Origin: Utricularia gibba
Taxonomy: Eukaryota > Plantae > Magnoliophyta
Reading direction: 5' to 3'
Assembly: GCA_002189035.1 (NCBI GenBank)
Contig: NEEC01000009.1
Location: 372,001-436,000 of the forward strand
Length of the DNA stretch: 64,000 nucleotides
The notes under the pieces were generated by a model. That model was given only the letters and a program-made list of their open reading frames with translations, was not told where the DNA came from and searched no databases. The translations under genes were made by a program, and so were the position numbers. This document shows positions 40,805-52,547 of this stretch, piece by piece. Position 1 is the stretch's first letter, and each line of letters opens with the position of its first letter.

Positions 40805-42324
40805 TGCGTTAAGCTGTGGCTTGGTTCAAGGGAGGAGGAATGAAGAACGAGAGGGTCATGGAAACACTCCTGCATGGTGCTGCTTATATTGCCTCGGCTG
40901 GGGAATATGTCTCTTGCATATTGCAAGCAGAAAGGGGAGTCAGTGGCTTTAGAATATTCCATTCCAAGTCACCTGCAAATCATCTCATGCTAAATCACAA
41001 CTACTAGTACCTGCTTCTTTCCTTTTAGAAATCCATTAGTTGAAGTGGAGAGGAAATATCTGTACGGAACTTGCTAGTCTAAAGAGCATCCCAAAACCAC
41101 AAGCGGCAACCATGGCAACAGGTATGTTATTCCTTGCTGTCAAGTGGTTGTTTGTTTGCAGTGAGAAATGAAACCAGGACTACATGTTTTGCTTTGTTCA
41201 CCATGGAATCATTAAAGCGTGGAGCTGCACTGCCTTCAGGCCAGACCATCCAGAGTAGAAGGATATGGTCAAGCCATTGCTGAGAAGGTGATTCTCCAGC
41301 AATGGTGATGGCGCGCCTCATGGCACATTATCTTCATTCTGCTCCAGAAAAATTGGAATCAACTGCTCCCTTAACAGCAGCACCTTGCTGCTATTGCTGT
41401 TGCTTCACTTGAACCCATTCATTCATTTATTTCTTCATTCATCTCCTCTTGTGTAACATGAAGTGATTGAATAGAAGGACACACACTGTGTGGCAGCAGT
41501 TCATTAGTGGGAGGATGAGCATGGAGCATTCTGAATCATGGCCATGTGACAAAGCAACAAGTTGTATAAAATGGATGTCCTTTTTCTTCCCACTTGGCTT
41601 GAGAATTTTTCAACGTCATTCATTTTTCGAGAAGGATTCCAAATCTCATATGGCAAGCAAACTCATCCTGACCACACTAACAGTCATCAGTATGTGATTA
41701 AAATTGCAACTATCTACTGGGATGCCATGGATTTCACACCCCTTGCACCACATTAAAACTGTGCAACTGAAGTACATGCTGTAGCAACATGTTAAACGGA
41801 AGAAACGCAAAAGAACGAGACCAAAATGTTGAATGCAGCTGTGAAGTTTTATACAAGGTGTGCACAGGAAAGGAAAATGAGAAGATGAGTGAGACTTGTG
41901 GTTAAATGGTCCATCCTTTATGGCATCTTTGAGAACTATCATTGAGGCCAATAGGCAATATGCTGTGGACCACAAAAGATGACAATTCTGTTAAACGGAA
42001 GTTTCCTTCACATGTGATAAGTAAAAGACACAACACTACAGACCAAGAAAGCCAAACTCTTCTGCAGGAATCCCCTTGGCGTTTTGGGCATATGAAGTAG
42101 CAGAGGATGGCAGCATTATCAACATAGCAGCAAGAAGAAAATTTGAGCATTACATCAATAGATATTACAACATTACGGCTAAAAGATAGATAGGCGGCTA
42201 CCATCTGGAGAGCAGTTAAGACAATGGAAATCCAGCTTGACAAACGTGATTCTTTTTACCAGAAAGAAAATTATGGAGATGTAACCTGAGTCAAAGTCAG
42301 AGAACATGTATGGTTCTTGGGGAT

Positions 42325-43859
42325 TCATTCACAAGCAGGCTTGGTGTCAAAGCTACTCAAGCAGATGGAGAAAGCTTGGAAGGCAGAGAGTGGGTAGTGA
42401 TAATCCATTGTAAAGATGTCCTTTCCGATCTTCCCAAACTGCAGAATAACCTTTTCTTGCTCTGCATAAGGTATGTCAAATGAAGGATCAACAGCTGCCA
42501 CGAGCTGAAAGTTTTTCACTGATGCTACCGTTACACGGCCTTTGAAGTTAAGGCACCAGCACTGTAATTGTTCATGCCATCGTGGGGCTTTGTTCATAAG
42601 GACGAGAGATTCTGGATTACATGGATTTGACATGGATGAACCCTGGAGGTTTACAGAGCTGAAAGGTGTAATGAGTTCCTTTGCTTTTGGGGCTGGTGAA
42701 AAAGAAGATAGTTCCTTTGCAGGTGTAGGTGCAGTGCCCCAACCTGAATGGAAGATAAGGGGATTGAATGCATCACACAATGCATTCTTCTAGGACCCCT
42801 TCTGCGGAGGACATTCAGCTCATACGAAACAGTAGCCACATTGTGGTTGTATGAAGGCAGCTTTGGAGACACTTGTTTGAGACTGAATCTCCTGCTGTGT
42901 CGACTTGTATAGTTTCCAATAGCATTACCCAGTGCTTGGCTATCAAAAATTGTGAACTTGGTCCCCAGAAAATTCGATCTATAAACAAAGCTTAGATTTA
43001 GCTAAGAAAAATGGATCCACCACAAGCAGGCCTCATCAAGAACAGAAGAAGATTGCTCGCTTACCTCAGCTTCCCGATATACGTGTTGCTGGCCCGAGAA
43101 AACTCATCTGCAACCAAAGAAATGATGAACTCCGTGCTTGTAGCCCTTCTAATCCTCTTTGCAGCCAGCAACAACTTATCATTTTCATCCTCGGCTGTCA
43201 TGATCCACAAGTTCAGGATATTAGTACTACTTAATCTGCAACTTTCACAAGTCCCCCTGATCAATCTTCCATGTAATACAGAGTACCAAAAGATACTTCT
43301 GTTGGCAGGAAAATGGCTTACAGGGGCTTAGACCATAATAGAGACGGTAAGTTGAGTTTGTCCTATCCCTCTTGATAAAGCACTGGATCGGAGCATCTCG
43401 GGTCCCGGCTGGTGTAAATACGAAATAGACAGTTTGAGAGATTCCCAATGAAACAAAAACGAAAAGATGAATGGAATTCAATGAAGATCTGAAAGGGATG
43501 AGTTATGACACCTGCTTCAATGAAATGGGAAATGTGAGTCTTCCACATTCTTCTGGTGTTTTGACGATTTCTTTGGTGACATTCCTCCACGATCTACAAA
43601 CTGCTGCGCAAAATACAACAACCGTTCTGGCAGGCCAATCAGTCTCACTCTCTTCAACCCTGCGGATAATGTCCAAGAGCAACTCTGGTGGTAAATTTGC
43701 CCACTTTCCTTGCTCAGTGGGATCAGAAGGAGCTACATCAGGAGCAATGAAGGCTCTGGTTCGGCTTCGCCAATGCTTCCTCTCGATCCCCTGCGCGGAG
43801 ATACTTCCAATTCCATCTTTAATTTCCTTGAGCTCACGAATGATGCTCTTGAACGACAT
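42325..43859 (-). CDS. TLP: Tubby-like F-box protein (TLP2/6-like), 4 exons, with an apparent 1-bp frameshift at 42737-42740
   Basis: F-box [20 protein letters not shown] and [12 protein letters not shown], Tub domain [60 protein letters not shown] and FDTKPACE*. Confidence 0.93.
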
Positions 43860-45355
43860 CTCGATGAATCACACCAACCGGCTCTTCGCGTTGACTATGA
43901 ATATGACATCCTGGTAAAATAACACTATACAAATAAGCAGAACGGCAAAAGCTTTAAAGATGGGAACATGAAGAGGAGCAAGATGCGTCATTCTATGTCT
44001 GGGCTGCGTCACAGTAGACGGATCTACAGTTCCACTCTAGAAGCAAAGAGCATCTAATGCAAAGTACGAAAAACCCAGATACAAAAATATGATGAGAATA
44101 CAACGGCTTCATAAGAAGGGAAAGACATGTAAGAAACTGGAACAAGAGAATCACCAGATTTTTAAGAGCTACTCTCAGCACCAGGGTCAAAATCCTGAAC
44201 TCCAACTCATCAAGATAGTTATGAGTCAAGAAAGCCAAAAAACAGACAAAACTTCACGCATCCCCATATCCACAACAGATCCAGTGGTACCAAAGCCAGA
44301 ATGTGAATAACCCAATCCACCCTTCAAAACAAAGAAAAAATAATAATAAAAACAGAAGCTTTGTACAATTCAGGAGTGAAAAAAACGAAAAGTGGAAAAC
44401 CCATGAACCTGAAGAATCGAAAAGGGGGCAGAAACAGAGTAGATCAGACGGACCACAGAGCCCCCAGATCGGCCACCATAACTCCCTGCATTTTCACCGG
44501 CTCCGGCGCCAGTAAAACGACACAGTAATGAGTGATCAGCGACCCTCTAGTGGGAAGAAAAACAAAGACTGCATCCCAGACAGAGCGCTTTGCTCGTCAC
44601 ACGCCAAGAGAAAGAATAAAGCGCTATTGTTCTTCCTTTTATCCGACCCTCTCTCTCCGTGTCTCTCTCTTCTACATATACGAAACTGGCTTCCTGTTTT
44701 TTACGCAACACACACATGACAAGCATAAAAAATTCAGCCAGGCACCGCACGAGATCATAACCATGGAATGAGACAACATCACCAACTAGACCACTTCTTC
44801 GTTAAAACACGACCCTCCAAAAAGCATGTATAAATGTTTTTGTCGCGAGCATGAAGGAAGGAGCAGGTGCCACCATTGAATCACTCACTCAACCCACGAA
44901 TCACAGAAATGAACTGCATTTCCTCTTTTAGAAGGCAAATGGTTAGATATAACACGCACAACAAACTATCACAGCTCAAAAACTGCTGTCTTTTTCGGAC
45001 ATTCAACGTGGAGTGAGGCGTCGCCATCATTTTGAAGGGATAAGTGCGTGGATAGGATAGACTCGTCTCTCTCCCTGGGGCCCGGCGAGCTCATCTCTGC
45101 GTGCCCACCGGTAAAACTAAAATGGGAGTTCGGCCGTCGTCATCTGGTATTGACTCTTGGTGGGTTTCTTTAGACACTGTTTAATTGCTGAGATTAGATA
45201 TCGGGAACGGCACAAACCGGGAGATAACTAAAAGAGGCAACAAACACACGAGAAGTTACACTATTTCATCAGCTTGCTACGCTACAAGGAAGCAGAGCTG
45301 TGAAACTCAGCTCTCGGAGACGAAACAAAGCTCCACAACAATACCGGAGAAATGC

Positions 45356-47463
45356 TCAGTCGCTGAAATTTGTGCTTCCACTCTGAGAGCTACTCACATT
45401 GCCACTGTGCAAGGAGAGGCTTCTCAGGTGTCCCTTAAGTGCAGTATCATCTGGTTTATTATCCTGGAAGAACTTCTCGCGTTCCACGTACTTCGACGGT
45501 GGAGGAGGGATGATGACGGCTGCCTGTTTATCTACCAAGACCTTCTGATTCAGATGGGGGCCAAAAGGATTAGCTGTTTTGTGGTTCGGCTCCATGGGTA
45601 GAGGAGACTTTTCACGGTGGTGGTCGGATAGGGGCCGAATCAGGGGCCGGTTGAAGATTTCTCCGGGAACAGTGAGCCCCGTTAATCCAAGGGGACGACA
45701 ATCCATCTCGTTGACTTCATCCTCAGGTCGTATACACGCTTTTCCCTTTCGCATTCTGCAGAGAGCACCAGAGAGGAAAGGTGCTTATTCTCACGAGGAA
45801 TGAGAAACTTAGAATGGAGCTTAGAGATCATGGTTACCTACCGTCTGAATAGTTGTTCTGCTTCTTCTTCCTCCTCTACCTCCCCCCCATGGTGCAGATC
45901 ATTTGATTCGGGTATCATCCTACACGAAAGAAGAGCACTGTGCCTATGCAGAACTCTGTCAAGGTGCTCATTGATCTCAACAGCTTGTAAAACTATCTTT
46001 TCATTCCTAGAAACAGGGAGGATTGAAAAAACGTACATTATTTTCTATACAGAAGTGGCTGACAGATTGCACAAAACAAGAGCACTGACCGAGAGGTAAC
46101 AGCCAACTGCATTACTCTTTGCTTGTGGAATGAGCATTGTTCCACAAGATCCAGAGTAAACTCATCCTTTGCTCCCTTGAGGATTAACAGAAGGGAACAA
46201 TTTTAAATCAACAAACAGACAAGAATAAACAAAGAAGATGCAAATGGTTTACCACCTCAGGGTTTTGGGAATCAACAGCATCAAGAACATCACGCAAAAC
46301 TTCAGAAGCAGTACCAGCTTTCTCAAGAATACTACAAAATAGATGCAATGGAAGTAAGAGCGAAGCATATATGTGATAAAGTTTCACGGCAAGCAGCCTA
46401 ATGGCTACCTCGATTCAGATATGGTTGCATTTTGGGCTTGTGGCGAATTCCTCTCATATGCAGGAGCATCAGGCTTCACTGCAGGTGGGGTATGCTTTCC
46501 ATTGCAATCTGTAGAGTCGGGTTTAGAGATGTCTGTAGGCCTCTGCGGGAACTGAACTCCAGCCCTCTGAAAGAAAATGCTTTTGTTCACTTCAAAAAAA
46601 ATTTCATTCAAGCATACTGACTTCTATTGCTACATATATACATCAAGAAAGCAGTCAGAATGTCAAGGGAACAGGCTTACGACGGCACTTCCTCAACTCA
46701 GAAAAATGCACCCTTGATTTAAACTAAGCAGCATGTAAATGAAAGAAATGTGATAGAACTTTGAAACTGATCATTTGTAACTATCAAAGAGAGCAGTGTA
46801 TGTGAAATCATCACATACCACTAACTCATAGAACGCAGAATAAAATTGAGGGAACATCCCGGAAGCCCCACCAGTATTCGTCTGTGCAGCATCTAACAAG
46901 AGAAAAATCTTCTCACGAACTGGAAGATCCGTCTGAATAAAGGGTAACCCATTTAATGAAATCATCACCAGTAACATAATCAACTATGAAAAATGCACAC
47001 TTTTTTCTTCACAATTTTCACAAGCACGGGTAGTACACCCTTGTCTACAACTTGGCGATGTACTGGTTCTCCGACATTATTCAACAGCATCTCCAGCAAC
47101 TGCCAAAGCAGAACAAAAAGAGCAGTCATCGATTACTACAGATGAACTCTTACACAGATGAAGAAGCATGAACGAAATTCCTTGTACTTGATGTCATGAA
47201 ACTCACCAATACTGAATAGAGTTGTGTGTTTGCATTTTTACTTCCAAGACGTTTTTTAATTGCTTTCACAACAACTTTAGCTTGTCTACAAAATCGATCA
47301 TATGAAAAAAAACATATGAGATAAGCTAACAGGATGATGAAATCATGGCGGTGCTGCACTACCTGTGGTCTCGGGCAACTAGTTCACATATCTCTATGTT
47401 TTTTGACCAGTCCATTTCAGAAAGTTTTTCACTAGTAGCATTAGTTACCAATTCGGCGGCCAT
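45356..47463 (-). CDS. TOL5: TOM1-like VHS-GAT protein (TOL5-like), 9 exons
   Basis: VHS domain [28 protein letters not shown]...[20 protein letters not shown] domain [21 protein letters not shown], and C-terminus EQLFRRMRKGKA...[15 protein letters not shown]...[20 protein letters not shown]. Splice phases are consistent. Confidence 0.9.
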
Positions 47464-48649
47464 TTGCATAATCCCTCTTCAAGTATGAAGCCCCAAAGGT
47501 CAGTACAATGCAAAATCCACAAACGCTGTTTTTCCCCGTCCTACGCTAATATACAGAAATTAATCAATGCAGAAGGCTACACCCAAGATCTTCTACATCA
47601 AACCTCAAGAATCAGCACTAAATCCGATTTCCTGGAGGAAACACATTATCTAAAACTCCAGTGACTGACTGACAATCAATGCAGAAATGGATCAGAGATG
47701 GTTACAACTGATTAAATTCCGCGGGTAACTAAAATTTTCAACGAGTCATCATCCATCATCATCTTTATGGGAACACAAAAAATAGAGCTTTAATCACTTA
47801 CACAAGTACTATAGACCTGAAAACCGAAACGGAAAAGCCACCCCAGAGTAAAGGGTAAATGGCGAAGCCTCCATTAAAAACGCAAATTCTCTTTCCCAAA
47901 AGTCCTCAAGTCTCAAGCGATCATATAACAATGACCGAGAAACAGCTTCGTTTCATCATTCCTGCGAACCAATCCGAAGATCCCAAAAAATCAGACTGCC
48001 CGCCGATCCCATTAAAATCATGAATTGCTTCTCCAAAACAAAGAATAAAAAATCACTTTTTTTGCCCATCATGAAATGTCAAAACAAACAATAACGAAAG
48101 CAAAAGGCACCCACCACAAAGCAACCCACAAAAGGCAGAAGCAACAGCCTCAAACGCGTCAAAAGTCAGTTTACAATAGCTGTAACACATTGGGCGACAA
48201 CTGTGCAAGGTTACAAAAATTACACACACATTACTACAAAGAATCACATGAAAGTAAATGAAAATCATCGCGACGCAAAGACCAGTAGACTCCATATTTT
48301 TCATTTTCCGCGTACCAAAATCCCAACTTTCAATGCCAAAAACTAAACGCGGGAATTAATGATCCTCGTCGATGACCCCAGCATCCAACAGAATCTCTTT
48401 TCGAACATTGAAGAGGCTCTCCCCCTGAGTCCAGTCAGTGATAAGGCTGTTCCCTCTGCTGGCAATCGTAAAAAGCAGGAACCTTTGACGCCTACATTCA
48501 CCTTGGAAATTGGCCCCCGCATTAAAACTTCAAAGACGACGAAAGTCCTCGGAATGTAATTACTCAAAAATACTCATTAATTGCTATTTAATCATTTAAA
48601 TCATCCTAAACCTTGTGATTATTAACATTTAATTAACCTTATTGAACGT

Positions 48650-48730
48650 TTCCATTTCTGCCCGTCAAGGCCCCATAAAGGAGCAGGCCCATTGGAAAAT
48701 CCTCAGGCCCAGTCCATGCGGCCCAAGAGA
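48650..48730. promoter_or_regulatory. Site II (GGCCCA) cluster, probable TOL5 promoter
   Basis: Several GGCCC(A) motifs in about 80 bp, located between the PP2C stop and a probable TOL5 leader exon with a GTACG donor at about 48315. Confidence 0.45.
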
Positions 48731-48892
48731 GGATTTGTCTGTAGATGGTCCATGGGATGATTCCTGCACCTCTTGATCTCCAATTTTGTACACAACAAAG
48801 ACCACAAACAAATGAAAAAATGGGAGAGGAGGGGTGCATTTTCATTGTCTTTTCCCTCGCAAGACAGCGACGTGGATGAAGGAAAGAGGTTC

Positions 48893-50657
48893 TCATGGAG
48901 CTTCTGATGCAGCAGAAACATAGGAGACAACAACTGTTAGATCGTCCAGCTTGCCACCGAAGTAAGAGAATCCAGCTTGTTGCGCTGCAGCAGAGAATGG
49001 TGTCACATTTTTGGTGTTGAGAGCTTGGATGCGTGCAGCTGCACCGATCTTGTCCGCAGTAGCTTCTGGGCTCAAGCCATTTTTCTTAGCTTCAGCCACG
49101 ATAATCTCAATCTCCCTGCTATATAGGTTATCAAACAACCCATCTGTTCCTGCAACTATTGCATCCCCAGCTTTGATTGGAATCTTGAAAATCTGAGGAA
49201 AGAAAGGAAAAAGATGATCAATTAATCCTCTTGTCCCTGAAAGTTGTAGTTGAACCAATGGCCAGGATGGTTGCTGGTGCAACAGACCTGCGCTGAACTT
49301 GGCGGATCTCCCATGTTGCTCCGTTCTAGTTGATATGGGAAATTGAAACCATGCTGTTGCACAGGGGATTGAAACACGGTCCGCCCATCTCGGATGATGA
49401 GGAAGCCACTATCTCCAAGATTAATGGCACTTAGGTCCTGTTGAAAGGGAAAAGGGTCATAACAGCCACAACCCCCAGGAATGGGACTTATAGAAAACGC
49501 GAAGGATCTACTTCAGACATGAATCAGATTACAGAAGCAATACATGCAACATGCTTATGCAGTGAGAAAATCAATGAAATAACGCACAATATCACTAAAA
49601 TCAATGTATATAATTTGATCGATGGAAAACTAAAGGCAACATATATAATATGTAGTGGTTCTAGTTGATCCCCGACTAAAACTACGCACCTGGTCTTTAA
49701 GAACAATGATGCAGGCAGTAGAAGAACCCAGGGACCTAGTCTTGGCATGTGCTTTTTCCAAGACATTTAAGAGATCAAGTTCTACTGGCAGTAGTTCTCT
49801 TAATACTTCCAACGAGTTCCTCATGAGTTCACGAGCATACGCCCCTGCATCAACACCAACATCAGCCCATCCCCCAACTCCATCTGCAACACCGATTGCA
49901 GACTCATCATGGGATATGAAGTAAGCATCTTCTCCCCCTGACTTTTCTTTAGCGGGGTGAGGAAGGTAAAATGCTCCGGATTCAAGCTTAAGAGAACTCT
50001 CCTTTAAATTCTTCCTAGAAAAAAATACCGCCACTTAAGAAATAAAAATTAAGTTGCCTACTATAAAAAAACGATCGATACTTCATAATTAGCATACTCC
50101 TCAACTGAAATAGCGAGACTTGTAATTTGATCCACGCTTAAAGAGTTATCAGCTGAAGCCTCAGATGCGGCAGCACCATCAGAGTAGCAAGAGAACGAGA
50201 GCATTCGCTGATTACTCAACCCCGCTGGAGAAAGGGAACTTGTGTTGTTAACCCAGGGCTCATCAGATTGCAGGCACCCATGAAGATAATGCAGGCTTTT
50301 AGCCTCTCCATTTCTCATGTTTACTCTACCCCGCCCACTTATCTGTCTACTCGTGCCAGTAAAGAACACGATAGGCTTCACAAAACCTGATAAATTTCCA
50401 CAAGTAGACACTAAACCATCAACAACGAGATCCCCCGAGGGAACTACAGAACCAGAAGTAGCCATAACCACCTCCCTAAAACCGATAAGATTACTTGAAT
50501 TTCTCAATAATTGAGAGGGATAGCAAGAAAAACCGCTGCGGGTGGTTCTAGCTGAGACACTCGTGTCTATAAATGGGTAAAGAAATTTCACACCGCGAAC
50601 CCTCAACCAGCTACTACTGCAGACGGAACTGAAACTCAAAACCAACCCGTACACCAT
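48893..50657 (-). CDS. PPTC7-type protein phosphatase 2C (At5g66720/At4g16580-like), 4 exons
   Basis: Motifs LESGAFYLPHPAKEKSGGEDAYF, GVADGVGGW, GSSTACI, INLGDSGF, QQHGFNFPYQL, AGTDGLFDN and GGKLDDLTVVVS. The long N-terminal extension looks like an organellar targeting region. The start is uncertain; the first ATG is at 50657. Confidence 0.92.
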
Positions 50658-51337
50658 CTTCCCACAAATAACTCGATTCCGGTCTTCCCCATACGCCAAA
50701 ACTGCAAAAAAAAACCAGAGAGATTCTTATGCACAGGGCACCAACGCAAAACCTCAAAACCACATAAACACAGAAAAAGGAACAAGCAAATACAGATTTC
50801 TTATCCAGAGGAAATGGAGCCCACGACGAAATCCCCGCGGTGAGGAGGAAGCTTGAGCTCCAGCCAAGTGGTTCCCCCTAATCGAATATGCCGCCCACCA
50901 GAAATACCTAATTTGAATTCATTTGGATTTTGCGCCCAAAAGTCGTCACAAAATGGGCCCAACGTTGCAAGCAAGGCCTGCTAAAGAAAGCTCGGAGCCC
51001 GGCCCAATAACCTTAAATCTTATTTATTTTTTTAAAAAAATTATCTCCAACCATCGGTCAACCTCCTCCTCAATACCACAGAATAGAGTTGCTTTCAACC
51101 AGGTATAATTTGTACAAGCCGTTTCCTGCCTGTCTGAGATTATCCATTTGAATTTATTATTTTTAAAATATATTATATTATTGGATAATGGAGCCACCAC
51201 TCCAGAGGGTGAGGTGGCCACGCTCACACCTGATTCAGTTAACCCGAGTAGGATTAAATCTGGCAACCATGGTTAGGTTGTATCCGCAGGAGGAAGGGTT
51301 AAAGCTATTAATAAAAAAATAAAGAAAATAGGGGATT

Positions 51338-51361
51338 AATAATAATAATAATAATAATAAT
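51338..51361. repeat. (AAT)8 microsatellite
   Basis: Read directly from the sequence. Confidence 0.85.
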
Positions 51362-51575
51362 CACATGATATGATAGAATAGAAAACCAATAGTACATTTG
51401 GTTTTCTTACAACTAGATCATCACTACAAGGCGTCCATCAGTCAGAGTCCCATTCCCTAGACCAGGAGTGGAAAGCATAAGACACAGACCAAAGGGAGGG
51501 CCCCACCCACCCACCACAGGCTTTGGGAGCTGATTAGGGGTGATTAATTAGGCATAAGCACCTCTCTGGAGTTAA

Positions 51576-52547
51576 TCACATGTAGTAGTTGTTGTTATTA
51601 CCCCAGGCCAGTCCCTGCCCGTAGCCACCACCGTACACGCTCTCCATGTCTTGCATTCCCACGAAGAGGAGTTCCTCCATCGAGAATGCGGAGGAGGAGC
51701 TGGGGCTGTTGCTGTTGCCGTTGCAGTTGATGCTGCTTCTCTCTGAGAGCCGCTGTATCTCCATCTTCGCCACGTCGAGTTGTTCTTTCAGCTTCAGTAG
51801 CTGGAAGGAAGGAAATTCAGGGTTGCTTCAAGCTTCTGGGACAACTAGGGTTTGAGGGCATGAGAGAGGATGAATGTAACGTGGTTACCTCCGACTCGAG
51901 GCGGCATTTCTCGACAACGGCGACGTCGTGCTCCGCCTTCAGCTTCGAGTACTCCTCCTCAAGTTTCTTGACCTTCCACCGGGCGCGCCGGTTCTGGAAC
52001 CACACTGCGACCTGGCGTGAGTCCAGTCCCAACTCCGCCGCTAGCCGATCTTTTCTCTCTGTCTCCAGCTTATGTTCACACCCGAAGCTCCGTTCGAGCA
52101 TGTTCACCTAAAGAGTTGAATAATGGAGAAAAGTGATTAAGCTACTTGGTTGCCTGCATTTTCCAGGTTTAGGACGTGGGATCAAACACCACCTAGAAAT
52201 CAAATTCTAATCTTAGGATTGAGAATTAATTTCCAATTGAAAGTTAGAAATTGTGAACACTCCCGTCGTAGTGTACATTGTGTTTCTGGTTAAAACACAC
52301 ACCTGCTCTTCACTGAGCTTCCTCTTCCTCATGACCCCATCGTCCGTACTCTTCTTCTTTCTCCGCCTCCGCTGCGGCTGCTTCGACGCTCCTGCCCAAC
52401 TAATTTTTTTCAGCAAAACAAGGAAGAGGAGCTTTGTGCAGGTATTGAAACTGACTGACCTTGTTCTGGTGGAAGCTGTGGGTAAATCCCATCACTACGG
52501 TACTCAGAAACGAACATCGCATCATCCAAGTCCTCCTGCTGGTTCAT
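51576..52547 (-). CDS. HD-Zip class I transcription factor, HB21/HB40/HB53 (Vrs1/GT1) clade, 4 exons
   Basis: Spliced: [29 protein letters not shown] / [30 protein letters not shown] / [57 protein letters not shown]...RLESE / LLKLKEQL...NNNNYYM*. Confidence 0.92.

Noticed and set aside
41000-42300. Short ORFs and a 40-nt GT-AG segment between RAD-like and TLP
   Set aside because: The segment is too short for a plant intron and the ORFs lack motifs. The region is better explained as RAD promoter plus TLP 3' UTR.
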